The translations under genes were made by a program, and so were the position numbers. Under the pieces are notes generated by a model. That model made no database searches. It worked only from the letters and a program-made list of their open reading frames with translations, and was not told the DNA's origin. A stretch of 64,000 nucleotides of DNA from a candidate division CPR3 bacterium GWF2_35_18. GTDB taxonomy: Bacteria; Patescibacteriota; CPR3; GWF2-35-18. Positions 1-9,776 of the stretch are shown here, in pieces (the stretch's first letter is position 1; the number at the start of each line of letters is the position of its first letter). The stretch is from the NCBI GenBank assembly GCA_001771135.1, contig MESW01000007.1, forward strand, positions 3,563 through 67,562, written 5' to 3'.

Positions 1-781
1 TTCCTATAATAAATTCATTTAGAAACCATTCATTATCAAATTTTCTAATAGATTGAGGAAGAACGTTTCCAAGGTTTTCATTAACGATAAGTTCATCTAA
101 TTTCCGACCGAAAATATCGTAAATTTCAATTTTTCCTGTTGGTTTCAGGTGAATTTCTCCAGTGTTACGAAATCTGGTTACAAAATTTACTGGAGGATAG
201 TTATATAGGCCTTTATCTACGGAAAACTCGATTATTGATCCTTGTTCTGTTGTTTCGCCTGCGATTTGACCAAGAATTATTGGACCTATCTGAGAAGCAA
301 TCTGAATATTTGAAGTCTCTAATAGGTTATTAGGTTGTGTGCTAAACAATATTCCCGCATAATATCCGCCTGCTTCAGCATTTTCTGGAACAGAAACACT
401 AAAATTTACTGCAATTTTTCCTTTTGGTTCAAGGGTAATACCTTTTTTACTGATATTAATCCATTTAGCTAGGGAGTATGTTTCATCACTTTTCTCTGGC
501 AGTATAAACTCTTCAGCGCCTTTTTCTCCTTTAGGAACAAAGGAGTATACGATAGGATAATATGTTTGAGTTTTATCTCCAGTATTTTCGAGTTTGATAA
601 TTTCTTGATTAGATAAACCTTTTTCTAAAGATAATTCAAAAATTGGAGGAGAGATTCGAAGTCCGGTTGCGGTATCAGAAACTTGATTTTCAGCATGTAT
701 CTCAATTGTAAGAGTTGGGTATATAAATAAAAAAAGAAGGATAATACTAAGAATTTGTGTTTTTATTTGAGACAGTTTCAT
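1..781 (-). CDS. Secreted cell-surface protein, C-terminus beyond window (DUF916-like fold suspected); ATG at 781..779, ORF open to position 1
   Basis: Own translation of minus strand: MKLSQIKTQILSIILLFLFIYPTLTIEIHAENQVSDTATGLRISPPIFELSLEKG...; N-terminal signal peptide then beta-rich T/S/N-rich sequence; not in ORF track because no stop in window. Confidence 0.45.
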   Translation of the reverse strand, partial: MKLSQIKTQILSIILLFLFIYPTLTIEIHAENQVSDTATGLRISPPIFELSLEKGLSNQEIIKLENTGDKTQTYYPIVYSFVPKGEKGAEEFILPEKSDETYSLAKWINISKKGITLEPKGKIAVNFSVSVPENAEAGGYYAGILFSTQPNNLLETSNIQIASQIGPIILGQIAGETTEQGSIIEFSVDKGLYNYPPVNFVTRFRNTGEIHLKPTGKIEIYDIFGRKLDELIVNENLGNVLPQSIRKFDNEWFLNEFIIG

Positions 782-799
782 AAAATCGTTTGTTAATAG

Positions 800-1867
800 T
801 TAAAAACTTGCAGTAACAATTATAGTTGCTGTGTGGTTGTAGCTTCCTGCAGTGGTAGTTCCAGTAATTGAGGCTGCATGACATAATGTTGTAGAATCAC
901 CGTTTACTGGTGTATTAGCATTAGCAAATTGTTGTGCGCTATTGGTAATAGCTGAAGCGGGTTGAGGATTAGAAGCTGGGTCAGTACAGGTTGTGTACTG
1001 AACAATTGTTTGAGTTGCTTTACTTGTTGCAACTCCATATTCTTCGCTTCCTTGATCAATATCATTGTCTAATTCCACATCATCAATATCAATAGTTCCA
1101 TTTCGAAGATTTCCATCATCAAGGATTGTTGAAACATATCCATTTGCAGCATTCGTTGATACGGAGATGTTATATTGACAAGTTTCTATTGTTGATAAAG
1201 AAAGTGTTCCTAGTGTGCATGTGGTTGAAGAAATAGTTACATCAAGAGTTGGATCAACAGAAGCGGTGATTGTAATCTGATCACTGGTTAAGATATCTAT
1301 GGCAAATGTTCCAGTGTCAGCAGCAGCAGTAATATTAATAAGATAAGTATTAGCGCTCGGATTCGTTACTCTATTTGTTCCTCCTGAAGCAGCAGTCCCA
1401 TATTCGACATTTACTGTTACATTAGTGTTACTAGAAGTGAAAGTAGGACATGCTAATAAAGTAACAACACCAGTTGTGTCATTTATTCCAATGGAGATAT
1501 CATTGACTCCGGTAGATCCAGTACAATCGGTTGAAGTTCCGGTATTATAAACTACTCTTTCGGTTCCATCGTTAATATCAAAATCAGTAATCGTAGATGT
1601 TTCTCCATCAACCATAAATGCTCCACTATCTTCATTGAAATCAATTGCAATTGTTTCTCCTGCATCCCAGGTAGTAGTTGTTCCGAGAGTAAACAGAATA
1701 TCATGAGAAGATGTTTGACTTGCTTGAATTCTTGTCATTGTATCGGATATAGAAGTTAGATTGGCTGCAGCTACTTGTAACTTAAAGTTCTTTAGAACTG
1801 GTAATGATAAGGTAAAGATTGTAGCAAAGAGTAACGAAGAAAAAGAGAGGAGTCTTGATGTATTCAT
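800..1867 (-). CDS. Secreted Thr/Ser/Asn-rich surface protein (signal peptide, beta-rich)
   Basis: ORF track 355 aa; N-terminal hydrophobic signal MNTSRLLSFSSLLFATIFTLSLPV; extreme T/S/N/G/D composition, no TM after signal. Confidence 0.5.
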   Translation of the reverse strand: MNTSRLLSFSSLLFATIFTLSLPVLKNFKLQVAAANLTSISDTMTRIQASQTSSHDILFTLGTTTTWDAGETIAIDFNEDSGAFMVDGETSTITDFDINDGTERVVYNTGTSTDCTGSTGVNDISIGINDTTGVVTLLACPTFTSSNTNVTVNVEYGTAASGGTNRVTNPSANTYLINITAAADTGTFAIDILTSDQITITASVDPTLDVTISSTTCTLGTLSLSTIETCQYNISVSTNAANGYVSTILDDGNLRNGTIDIDDVELDNDIDQGSEEYGVATSKATQTIVQYTTCTDPASNPQPASAITNSAQQFANANTPVNGDSTTLCHAASITGTTTAGSYNHTATIIVTASF

Positions 1868-2009
1868 ATATAAAAACTTTTTATGTTAACAAAATAATAA
1901 TAACATTAATTTAGAAGATCACTTTACTATTGTCAACAAAAATATTAAATTATAAATAGCAGAATTATCTCAATATTTTAGCCTAATAATAAAAATGGAG
2001 AAGAGTAAA

Positions 2010-2975
2010 TTATCGTTGTAATGGAGAGTAAGATCTTCTGTTCTTAAAAATTATAATAGTTACTAGAAAGAAGAAAAGAGTTAGTATTAAAATCAGAAGG
2101 TAAAAATCAATATAAATAAAGTATATTGGAACGCTATTTAGTTCTAATAAATTCACAGTAGAGGTTGAAGGATACTTTATTTTTGCTTCTGCCTTAAATA
2201 TTCCAAATAACGTTTCTGGATACCATGTGAGATAGGGATATTTATCTGTTTGGGTGGTGTTAAAAATCTGTCTAGATGAATGAGCGAGTACATTTTGAGG
2301 TAAGAGATTTTCTTTAGTGATTTGTTTTGTAATAAGATTTTGAATCTCGATATATCCTGAAGATTTGAATAATAAATCACCCGTGTTTTCTAATACCAAA
2401 TCAAAGTTAATCGGCTTTTGAGAATTGAAGAAATTCGTATTAAAGCTACTAATTTTTCCGTTTCTTGCGGATGGTTTACTAATATCTTCTATAGTTAAAA
2501 GAACCGGAGATTGAATTTCACCACTTAAAATATTACCTGTTTGATTATTTTCTATTTCTTTTGAAGAAACTGATGTTACAAAGTAGTAATCTTTTAGTTC
2601 GACTTCTATTGGGACGTTAATTTTCATTTGAACGGAAATGATTTCTTTATCATTATTAAAATATATTTCAGTTTTAGAATAGTCAATCCAGTCCAAAAAA
2701 TCAGGCGTTTCGTTTAGTGATTTTAAGTTACCAATTTTGTCTTTTGGAATAAATGCTTTAGGTTGTATGATATATTCAATGTTCTTACTTCCAGAAACCT
2801 TGTATTCATAATTAAACTGAGATCCAGGTTTTATTTCTATCTGCAAAAGCATAGGATCTATTTGAAAATTTATTTGTTCTGCCTTTATTGGATTATTTGT
2901 TGCCATGAAGATATAACAAGCTATCGTTAGCATAAAGATAGCGAAGATGATAGATGGGGTTTTATATCTTTTCAT
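2010..2975 (-). CDS. Surface protein with N-terminal signal peptide and C-terminal TM anchor (DUF916/DUF3324-like architecture)
   Basis: ORF track 321 aa; signal MKRYKTPSIIFAIFMLTIACYIFMA; C-terminal hydrophobic segment LLILILTLFFFLVTIIIF followed by basic KNRRSY tail. Confidence 0.45.
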   Translation of the reverse strand: MKRYKTPSIIFAIFMLTIACYIFMATNNPIKAEQINFQIDPMLLQIEIKPGSQFNYEYKVSGSKNIEYIIQPKAFIPKDKIGNLKSLNETPDFLDWIDYSKTEIYFNNDKEIISVQMKINVPIEVELKDYYFVTSVSSKEIENNQTGNILSGEIQSPVLLTIEDISKPSARNGKISSFNTNFFNSQKPINFDLVLENTGDLLFKSSGYIEIQNLITKQITKENLLPQNVLAHSSRQIFNTTQTDKYPYLTWYPETLFGIFKAEAKIKYPSTSTVNLLELNSVPIYFIYIDFYLLILILTLFFFLVTIIIFKNRRSYSPLQR

Positions 2976-2987
2976 AGTAGTTTAAAG

Positions 2988-3716
2988 TTAAAATGTTCCG
3001 GTACAGATATATTTAATTCTATTCTGGTATGTCCCTGATTCTTGAGTAGCTCCAATATTAATTTTATATGTTACCTGAACTTCTGATCCTTGTGTTATCC
3101 CGATATTATTCATAACTATCTGTTCCGGTTCACTGTTTGATTCATCTGAAAACTGTTTATATCCGGAGGTAAATTCCGCATCTGTTCCTGTTATATTAGC
3201 CAAAGTATAACCAAATCCATAGGTAGTATTTATATTCCAATCTCCATTATTAAGATATGTAATGTCTAAATTATCTCCTCTAGTGTCTTCGATATATGTT
3301 CCCGGGTAAGCGAGATTATCTAATTGATTATTTTCAGAAGCAGTGACTTGATACCCATGCGCAGCACCACTTGTTACTATAAGGTTGGTGGTATCAGTTT
3401 TTGGAGTGTCTATAGATAAAGTTCCAAAATCAATAGCACTATTTGAAATAGTGAAAGTAAAGGGAATAATTGAGTAAAGATATTCGAAACCAATCATTGC
3501 TTTAAAACCATCTGATTCATATAATCCTGGGGCTATTTGTCCTCCAGTATCAACAAGGCTATAGTTATCTGAACTTTTTTGTCCGGCAAAGTCATTTAAA
3601 TTTCCCCAGTCTAATCTAAAATTTTCACTTTGAGCTTCAAACGCTTTTGCCCGTTTGAAAGAGAAAATAAATATGAAAGCTAATAGTAGGATAAAAATTA
3701 AGACCTTTTTTTGCAT
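2988..3716 (-). CDS. Secreted beta-rich surface protein (possible WxL-type partner of the anchored proteins)
   Basis: ORF track 242 aa; signal MQKKVLIFILLLAFIFIFSF; T/S/G/N/Y rich; 12-nt spacing to upstream gene suggests operon. Confidence 0.4.
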   Translation of the reverse strand: MQKKVLIFILLLAFIFIFSFKRAKAFEAQSENFRLDWGNLNDFAGQKSSDNYSLVDTGGQIAPGLYESDGFKAMIGFEYLYSIIPFTFTISNSAIDFGTLSIDTPKTDTTNLIVTSGAAHGYQVTASENNQLDNLAYPGTYIEDTRGDNLDITYLNNGDWNINTTYGFGYTLANITGTDAEFTSGYKQFSDESNSEPEQIVMNNIGITQGSEVQVTYKINIGATQESGTYQNRIKYICTGTF

Positions 3717-3852
3717 ACACTTAGTATCGATTATTCAAAAATTACTGTCAAGACAACTGAACTATTTAGTTTTAAAGTTATTTTTACTCTCGCACAATTA
3801 ACAATAAAATGTTAAAATTGGTATCGTTGAATTTTTAGTATTAAAGTTAATT

Positions 3853-5007
3853 ATGATTGATTTAGCAAAAATAAAAGTAAAGGCCGGTAACGGAGGAGAT
3901 GGTTGCATCTCTTTCCGGAGAGAAAAATTCATTCCTAAAGGTGGTCCTGATGGAGGTGATGGGGGAAGAGGAGGAAGTGTTTATTTCATTTCTCAAGCCA
4001 AAAAGGTTACCTTACTGGATTTTCAATATAACAAAATATTTCAAGCCCAAAGAGGTAGACATGGGAGTGGCGCTAAAAAAACCGGTTTATCTGGAGAAGA
4101 TTTGATTATTGAAGTTCCGGTTGGAACGATAGTTCGAGAGTATAAAGAATCAGAAGATAATAAGAAACTTCGAGAAATGAATCATACAGACCTCTCTAAT
4201 TTTCCTATTTTATATGATTTTAATAAGATAGGTTTAGAACATAAGATTGCAAAGGGAGGATTAGGAGGAAAGGGTAATTGGCATTTTCGATCATCGGAAA
4301 ACCGAATACCTAGAGTTGCGGAAAGAGGACAATCTGGAGAAGAAAAGGAATTGATCTTAGAGCTCAAATTGATTGCGGATGTTGGTTTAATCGGTATTCC
4401 AAATGCGGGTAAATCTACTTTACTGTCGAAATTGACTTTAGCCAGACCCAAAATTGCAGATTATCCTTTTACAACGATTTCACCGGTTTTAGGAGTCTGT
4501 GAACAGTCGGGAATGGACTTTGTCATAGCTGATATTCCGGGAATTATTGAAGGAGCTTCTTCCGGAAAAGGTCTTGGTTACGAGTTCTTGAGACACGTAG
4601 AAAGAACTAAAATATTAATTCATCTTTTGGGTTTAGACGATCAAAAATCAAAGCCGGATGATTATTTTGCTGTTTATAATCAGATAAACGATGAGATTGT
4701 TAAATATAGTAAGCTGCTTGGTCAGAAAAAACAAATTGTTGTAATGAATAAAATGGATTTACCTTACGTGAAAGAGATTTATAAGGATGTTCGGAGTATG
4801 TTCAAAAGGCATAATGTGGAACTTTTAGAAATTTCTGGATTTACTGGAAAGGGATTAGAAGATTTAAAGAGGCAAATTGTTACTGAGTTAAACGAGGTGA
4901 ATAAAAATGCACCTAAAGAGATAATTAAAGAAGAGAAAATTCCAACTTTTACATTAACTGATTTAACAAAGAAAAAAAGAGTTGTCAAAGAGCTTTACGA
5001 AAGGTAA
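3853..5007 (+). CDS. obg: GTPase Obg (CgtA)
   Basis: N-terminal glycine-rich Obg fold KAGNGGDGCISFRREKFIPKGGPDGGDGGRGGSVYF; G1 GIPNAGKSTLLS; DxxG DIPGII; NKMD G4; ~30 aa insertion before the second Gly-rich strand. Confidence 0.9.
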   Translation: MIDLAKIKVKAGNGGDGCISFRREKFIPKGGPDGGDGGRGGSVYFISQAKKVTLLDFQYNKIFQAQRGRHGSGAKKTGLSGEDLIIEVPVGTIVREYKESEDNKKLREMNHTDLSNFPILYDFNKIGLEHKIAKGGLGGKGNWHFRSSENRIPRVAERGQSGEEKELILELKLIADVGLIGIPNAGKSTLLSKLTLARPKIADYPFTTISPVLGVCEQSGMDFVIADIPGIIEGASSGKGLGYEFLRHVERTKILIHLLGLDDQKSKPDDYFAVYNQINDEIVKYSKLLGQKKQIVVMNKMDLPYVKEIYKDVRSMFKRHNVELLEISGFTGKGLEDLKRQIVTELNEVNKNAPKEIIKEEKIPTFTLTDLTKKKRVVKELYER

Positions 5008-5039
5008 AATGGGTCTACCTTTAATAATTTAATTCACTT

Positions 5040-5110
5040 GGGCCCGTAGTCTAGTGGTAAAACGATGCATTCGCATTGCATATACGGGAGTTCGATTCTC
5101 CCCGGGTCCA
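5040..5110 (+). tRNA. tRNA-Ala (anticodon CGC), no encoded CCA
   Basis: Cloverleaf folded by hand: acceptor GGGCCCG/CGGGTCC with G3:U70 Ala identity pair, anticodon stem ATGCA/TGCAT, loop TTCGCAT, T-arm GGGAG TTCGATT CTCCC. Confidence 0.8.
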
Positions 5111-5134
5111 TAAGACTTGTGGGTAATTAAATAT

Positions 5135-5211
5135 GGGCCGGTAGCTCAGCTGGCTAGAGCACTTGCATGGCATGCACGGGGTCAGGGGTTCAAATCCCCT
5201 CCGGTCCACCA
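5135..5211 (+). tRNA. tRNA-Ala (anticodon GGC), CCA encoded
   Basis: GGGCCGG TA GCTC AGCTGGCTA GAGC; anticodon arm CTTGC ATGGCAT GCACG matches the E. coli tRNA-Ala(GGC) arm apart from one stem mismatch; G3:U70; T-arm GGGGTTCAAATCCCC; 3' CCA. Confidence 0.85.
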
Positions 5212-5217
5212 TAAACT

Positions 5218-7677
5218 ATGAATCGTAAATTAAACTACAATCCTTCCGAAATAGAGCCAAAATTGGAAGAATATTGGCAAAAAAATAAGGTATATAAGGT
5301 TATTGAAGACAAAACTCGGAAGAAATATTATTGTTTAGACTTTTTTCCTTACCCTTCAGGTTCTTCTTTATCCGTAGGACATTGCCGTAATTATATTCCC
5401 ACAGATGTTTTATCCCGTTTTCGTAAAATGAAAGGTTATAATGTTTTACATCCTATGGGATGGGATGCTTTTGGCCTTCCTGCAGAGAATTATGCCATAA
5501 AAAACAAAAAACATCCTCAAGATACTACCGTGGAAAATGTCGCAAACTTCAAAAAACAGCTTTCAATTCTCGGATTGTCCTTTGATTGGGAGAGAGAGAT
5601 TAATTCAACAGATCCAAGTTACTATAGATGGACACAATGGTTTTTTATTTTACTATTTAAAAAGGGCCTAGCTTACCAAAAGGTAGCCGAGCAATGGTGG
5701 TGTCCAAGTTGCAAGACGGTTTTGGCAAATGAACAGGTAGAGGAGGGGAAATGCTGGAGATGCGGTTCAATAGTTACCCGTAAAGGTTTGAAACAGTGGT
5801 TTTTTAGAATTACCAGTTATGCTGATAGGCTGCTAAATGATCTTGATAAGATTGATTGGCCGGAAAAAATTAAACTGATGCAGCGTAATTGGATTGGGAG
5901 AAAAGAAGGAATTAATATTGAATATCAAATTGAAGGAATTGATGAAAAAATAACCTGTTTTACAACTCGTCCAGATACAAATTTTGGAGCTACCTTTATT
6001 GTTATTGCTCCAGAAAACCCTTTAGTTAAGAAAATAACAAAATCTGTATCTAAAAAATCAGTAGAGAAATATATTGAGGAGACTAAACGTAAGAGTGAAA
6101 TTGATAGAATTGCTGAAGGTCATAAAAAAACGGGGGTTTTTACAGGGTCTTATGCCATTAATAACTTAAATAATAAAAAATTACCGATATGGATTAGCGA
6201 TTTTGTTTTAATGTCTGTTGGAACTGGGGCAGTTGTAGGTGTCCCCGGACATGATCTCCGCGATTTTGAATTTGCAATAACATTCAAACTACCTATTGTT
6301 AGAGTTGTAGTCGGAGCAGATGCCGATAATTTGGAAATCACCAAAAAAGAACAGGTTCAGGAAGAAGAAGGAAAGATAATCAATTCAGAATTTTTGAATG
6401 GTCTTGATATCCATACGGCTACAAAAAAAATGATGGATTATTTAGAAAAAAAAGGTTGGGGGAAAAGGACTGTCAATTATAAGATGCGTGATTGGCTTAT
6501 ATCTCGTCAAAGATACTGGGGAGCTCCTATTCCGATCATCCATTGTGAAAAATGTGGTGTCGTTCCAGTTTCTGAAGAATCTCTTCCTGTTTTACTCCCA
6601 GAAGTCGATAATTTTGAACCAACAGGAACAGGAGAATCTCCTTTATCAAAAAATAAAGATTTTGTGAATACTACTTGTCCTAAATGTGGAGGAAAGGCAA
6701 AAAGAGAAACAGATACACAAGATGGATTTGCTTGTTCTTCATGGTATTTTTTAAGATATGCTGATCCACAAAATGATAAAAAGCCTTTTGAAAAGAACAA
6801 AATAGATTATTGGTGTCCGGTAGATCTTTATGTAGGCGGAGCAGAGCATGCGGTGATGCATCTTCTTTATGCTCGATTTTTTACCAAAGTGATGTATGAT
6901 GAAGGAGTGGTTTCTTTCGAAGAACCATTTATAAAGCTGATGAACCAAGGAATGATTTTAGCTTCGGATGGTAGGAAAATGTCAAAGTCTTTTGGAAATG
7001 TAATCACGCCTAATTCCGTTGTTAATAAATATGGAGCGGATGCGTTAAGATTATACGAGATGTTTATTGGTCCGTTTGAACAAGAAGTTTCTTGGGATGA
7101 TAGTGGAATTAAGGGAACGAGAAAATTTTTAGATAAAGTTTGGCAATTTGTAACAGAAAAAAATAAAGGGAATAAAGAAGATCTACAAGCCGATGTTAAA
7201 ATCGAAAAAGCTTTACACAAAACGATTAAGAAGATTGAAGCAGATTTTTATGAATTTAAATTTAATACCGTAGTCTCTACCTTGATGGAATTTATGAATT
7301 TAGCAACATACTTAAAAAACAGTTTATCTGAAAAAATGCATAACGATATTTCAGAGAAATTAGTGACAATTTTGGCTCCAATTACTCCTTATATTGCTGA
7401 AGAATTATGGAAACAAATTAGTAATGATAAAAAATCTATTCATGAACACTCATGGCCAATTTATAATGAAAATTTAGTTAAAGATGATATTGTGGAGATT
7501 CCAGTTCAGATAAATGGAAAGATTAGAGATAAATTATTTGTTTCTACGACAATTACTGAAGAAGAGTTGAAGAAAATTATTTTAGAAAGTAAAAAGATAA
7601 AAATAATGTTAAATAATAAAAAGATTCAACGATTTATTTATGTGAAAGATCGATTAGTTAATATTGTTGTAGTATAG
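5218..7677 (+). CDS. leuS: Leucyl-tRNA synthetase
   Basis: HPMGWDAFGLPAENYA, class I editing-domain architecture, KMSKS as KMSKS (GRKMSKSFGN); 819 aa. Confidence 0.95.
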   Translation: MNRKLNYNPSEIEPKLEEYWQKNKVYKVIEDKTRKKYYCLDFFPYPSGSSLSVGHCRNYIPTDVLSRFRKMKGYNVLHPMGWDAFGLPAENYAIKNKKHPQDTTVENVANFKKQLSILGLSFDWEREINSTDPSYYRWTQWFFILLFKKGLAYQKVAEQWWCPSCKTVLANEQVEEGKCWRCGSIVTRKGLKQWFFRITSYADRLLNDLDKIDWPEKIKLMQRNWIGRKEGINIEYQIEGIDEKITCFTTRPDTNFGATFIVIAPENPLVKKITKSVSKKSVEKYIEETKRKSEIDRIAEGHKKTGVFTGSYAINNLNNKKLPIWISDFVLMSVGTGAVVGVPGHDLRDFEFAITFKLPIVRVVVGADADNLEITKKEQVQEEEGKIINSEFLNGLDIHTATKKMMDYLEKKGWGKRTVNYKMRDWLISRQRYWGAPIPIIHCEKCGVVPVSEESLPVLLPEVDNFEPTGTGESPLSKNKDFVNTTCPKCGGKAKRETDTQDGFACSSWYFLRYADPQNDKKPFEKNKIDYWCPVDLYVGGAEHAVMHLLYARFFTKVMYDEGVVSFEEPFIKLMNQGMILASDGRKMSKSFGNVITPNSVVNKYGADALRLYEMFIGPFEQEVSWDDSGIKGTRKFLDKVWQFVTEKNKGNKEDLQADVKIEKALHKTIKKIEADFYEFKFNTVVSTLMEFMNLATYLKNSLSEKMHNDISEKLVTILAPITPYIAEELWKQISNDKKSIHEHSWPIYNENLVKDDIVEIPVQINGKIRDKLFVSTTITEEELKKIILESKKIKIMLNNKKIQRFIYVKDRLVNIVVV

Positions 7678-7708
7678 TTTTTAGTAGTAAAAAATTACCC
7701 CGAATAAT

Positions 7709-8308
7709 ATGTACCACCAAATTCTAAAACTTAAATTTGCTATTCTGTTACTTTTTCTTATTATATTTGTTAGTGTAGTTGTTTTCTATCTTTTTTCCCA
7801 TCGGAAACAGAGTATTGATAATCAAGAGATAGTTTTATCGGAGAGTGTTGATTATCAATACAATGAAGAAACTGATAAAAAGATATTAATTGTTGACATA
7901 TCTGGGCAAATTCTTAATCCTGGGGTTTATGAAATGAGTGAAGGTGATAGGGTCATAGATCTTATTACTAGATCAGGGGGAATTACCATAGAAGCAGATA
8001 AAAGCTATATTGAAAAGCATTTGAATCAAGCCGCTCAACTCATAGATGGTCAAAAGATCTATATTCCTAAAGAAGGCGAAAATTTACTCCAAAATGATAA
8101 TTCTAGTTTTGGTAACCAAAATAGTCAAGGAAAAGTGAGTATAAATTATGGTTCGGCTACGGATTTGGATTCTTTACCTGGTATTGGAGAGAAAAGAGCC
8201 TCTAGTATTATAAAAAATCGTCCTTATGCTTCTATAGAGGAATTATTGCTGCGTAAAATAATTCCTCAATCTGTATTTGAGGATATTAAAAATGACATAT
8301 CTCTTTGA
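7709..8308 (+). CDS. comEA: ComEA-like DNA-binding competence protein (N-terminal TM, SLBB-like region, C-terminal helix-hairpin-helix)
   Basis: TM LKFAILLLFLIIFVSVVVFYLF; C-terminal HhH INYGSATDLDSLPGIGEKRASSIIKNRPYASIEELL. Confidence 0.8.
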   Translation: MYHQILKLKFAILLLFLIIFVSVVVFYLFSHRKQSIDNQEIVLSESVDYQYNEETDKKILIVDISGQILNPGVYEMSEGDRVIDLITRSGGITIEADKSYIEKHLNQAAQLIDGQKIYIPKEGENLLQNDNSSFGNQNSQGKVSINYGSATDLDSLPGIGEKRASSIIKNRPYASIEELLLRKIIPQSVFEDIKNDISL

Positions 8309-9776
8309 AAAATATTCATTATTATTTATTTTTCTCTTAGGTTTATTATTGGGAATAATCTCTTATGAATTATTAATATTTTTTTATGTCCTAATTTCTA
8401 TTATTTTCATTTTAATATTGTATACATTTTTTATTATCAGAAAATATATTAAATTGCCAATAATATTTTTAATGTCTATTTTACTTGGTTTTTTTAGAAA
8501 CGATTTGTCAAAATATGATATTAGCAGGGATAGTTTTTCTTACTATTATAATCAAGAGATAGTAGTAACAGGCGATATAGTTGAAACCCCCGTTAATAAA
8601 CAAAATTCACAGGAAGTTGTAGTTGGGAATTTAAATATAATAAAATCAGATAATGAGATTATTCCCTTAAATGGAAAGATGTTGCTTCAAACAAGGAATT
8701 TTCCAGAATATTACTATGGTGAAGTACTACAAATAGAAGGAGAAATCACAGAACCAATCTCTTTAGGAGAATTTGATTATAAATCGTATTTAGAAAATCA
8801 GGGTATCTATGGAGTTGTAAGATTTCCTTATATTTCAATTATATCCGAAAATGGAGGAAATATTTTTTTAAGGGTTCTATTTAGTTTTCGTCTGCAAATT
8901 GAAAGTAATATTAACAGATTTTTCCCTGAACCAGAAGCTTCTTTACTTTCTGGAATTATCTTAGGAGTACAAAGAAATTTTCCTCCTTACTTTAAAGATA
9001 ATTTACAAAAAACGGGAACTACTCATATTGTGGTTGTTTCAGGAACAAATATTACTTTGGTAATGATGATATTTATAGTGTTTTCTCCATATCTAGGAAG
9101 AAGAAGAATGTTAACTTTTTCATTACTTGGAATATTTATCTATGTTTTTTTAGTTGGTTTTGATCCACCAGTATTACGAGCTTTAATAATGTTTATTCCT
9201 GCATATTTTAGTCAAATATATGGAAGAGATGGGGATGTTTTTACAAACTTTATTTTTGCCGCAGATGTTATTTTATTTATTAATCCACTATTAATTAATA
9301 ACATTTCTTTTCAGCTATCATTTTCTGCTACTTTAGGGCTGATTCTTGTTTTTCCTATTTTAAAGCAGCTTATTAGATTACCCGATGTAATTAGAGAAGG
9401 TTTATTAGTTTCTTTATCCGCACAAATTATGACTCTTCCAATTATTGTTTATAATTTTAAAGAGTATTCAACTGTTTCGCCACTTGTAAATTTATTGCTT
9501 ATTCCCATAGTTCCAATTCTTACTTGGGGTGGTTTTATATTTATTCCATTAAGTTTTTTAAACGGTATTATTACAAATATATATAGTTGGTTTTTATATA
9601 TACCGCTTACGTATTTTGTAAAGATCGTAAATTTTTTTGGTGATTTTCCTGGAGCGAGTATTTCTTTACAAAATATTTCGACATCTTTTGTTTTTTTTTA
9701 TTACATAGCTTTAACTTTTTTCATATTTTTAGGAAGATTCTTTAGTAAAGATAGTTTACTATGTATCAAGAAATAA
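8277..9776 (+). CDS. comEC: ComEC/Rec2 DNA-uptake channel, DUF4131 plus competence (membrane) domains
   Basis: Polytopic membrane protein; competence-domain motif TGTTHIVVVSGTNITLV (cf. HLLAISGLH); 32-nt overlap with comEA; probable start at the second Met. Confidence 0.8.
   Translation: MRILKMTYLFEKYSLLFIFLLGLLLGIISYELLIFFYVLISIIFILILYTFFIIRKYIKLPIIFLMSILLGFFRNDLSKYDISRDSFSYYYNQEIVVTGDIVETPVNKQNSQEVVVGNLNIIKSDNEIIPLNGKMLLQTRNFPEYYYGEVLQIEGEITEPISLGEFDYKSYLENQGIYGVVRFPYISIISENGGNIFLRVLFSFRLQIESNINRFFPEPEASLLSGIILGVQRNFPPYFKDNLQKTGTTHIVVVSGTNITLVMMIFIVFSPYLGRRRMLTFSLLGIFIYVFLVGFDPPVLRALIMFIPAYFSQIYGRDGDVFTNFIFAADVILFINPLLINNISFQLSFSATLGLILVFPILKQLIRLPDVIREGLLVSLSAQIMTLPIIVYNFKEYSTVSPLVNLLLIPIVPILTWGGFIFIPLSFLNGIITNIYSWFLYIPLTYFVKIVNFFGDFPGASISLQNISTSFVFFYYIALTFFIFLGRFFSKDSLLCIKK

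Noticed and set aside
139-333. 64-aa plus-strand ORF
   Set aside because: Lies entirely inside the longer minus-strand surface-protein ORF (1..781), which has a signal peptide and coherent composition; it is a likely shadow ORF.
2177-2380. Short ORFs on the minus strand at 2177..2380, 4182..4451, 4779..4988, 6150..7220 (several), 13955..14376, 16098..16442, 22200..22397, 22961..23197, 26054..26895 (several), 28549..29565 (several), 44227..44808, 45345..45542, 46843..47025, 50000..50206, 51093..51350, 52306..52512, 54946..55461, 59435..59975, 62432..63107; on the plus strand at 3899..4105, 34075..34329, 35380..35571, 36023..36847, 40300..40485, 52992..53198, 53327..53521, 54037..54532
   Set aside because: All are nested within or antisense to long ORFs with clear conserved-family motifs; they have low-complexity or hydrophobic composition typical of AT-rich antisense frames.
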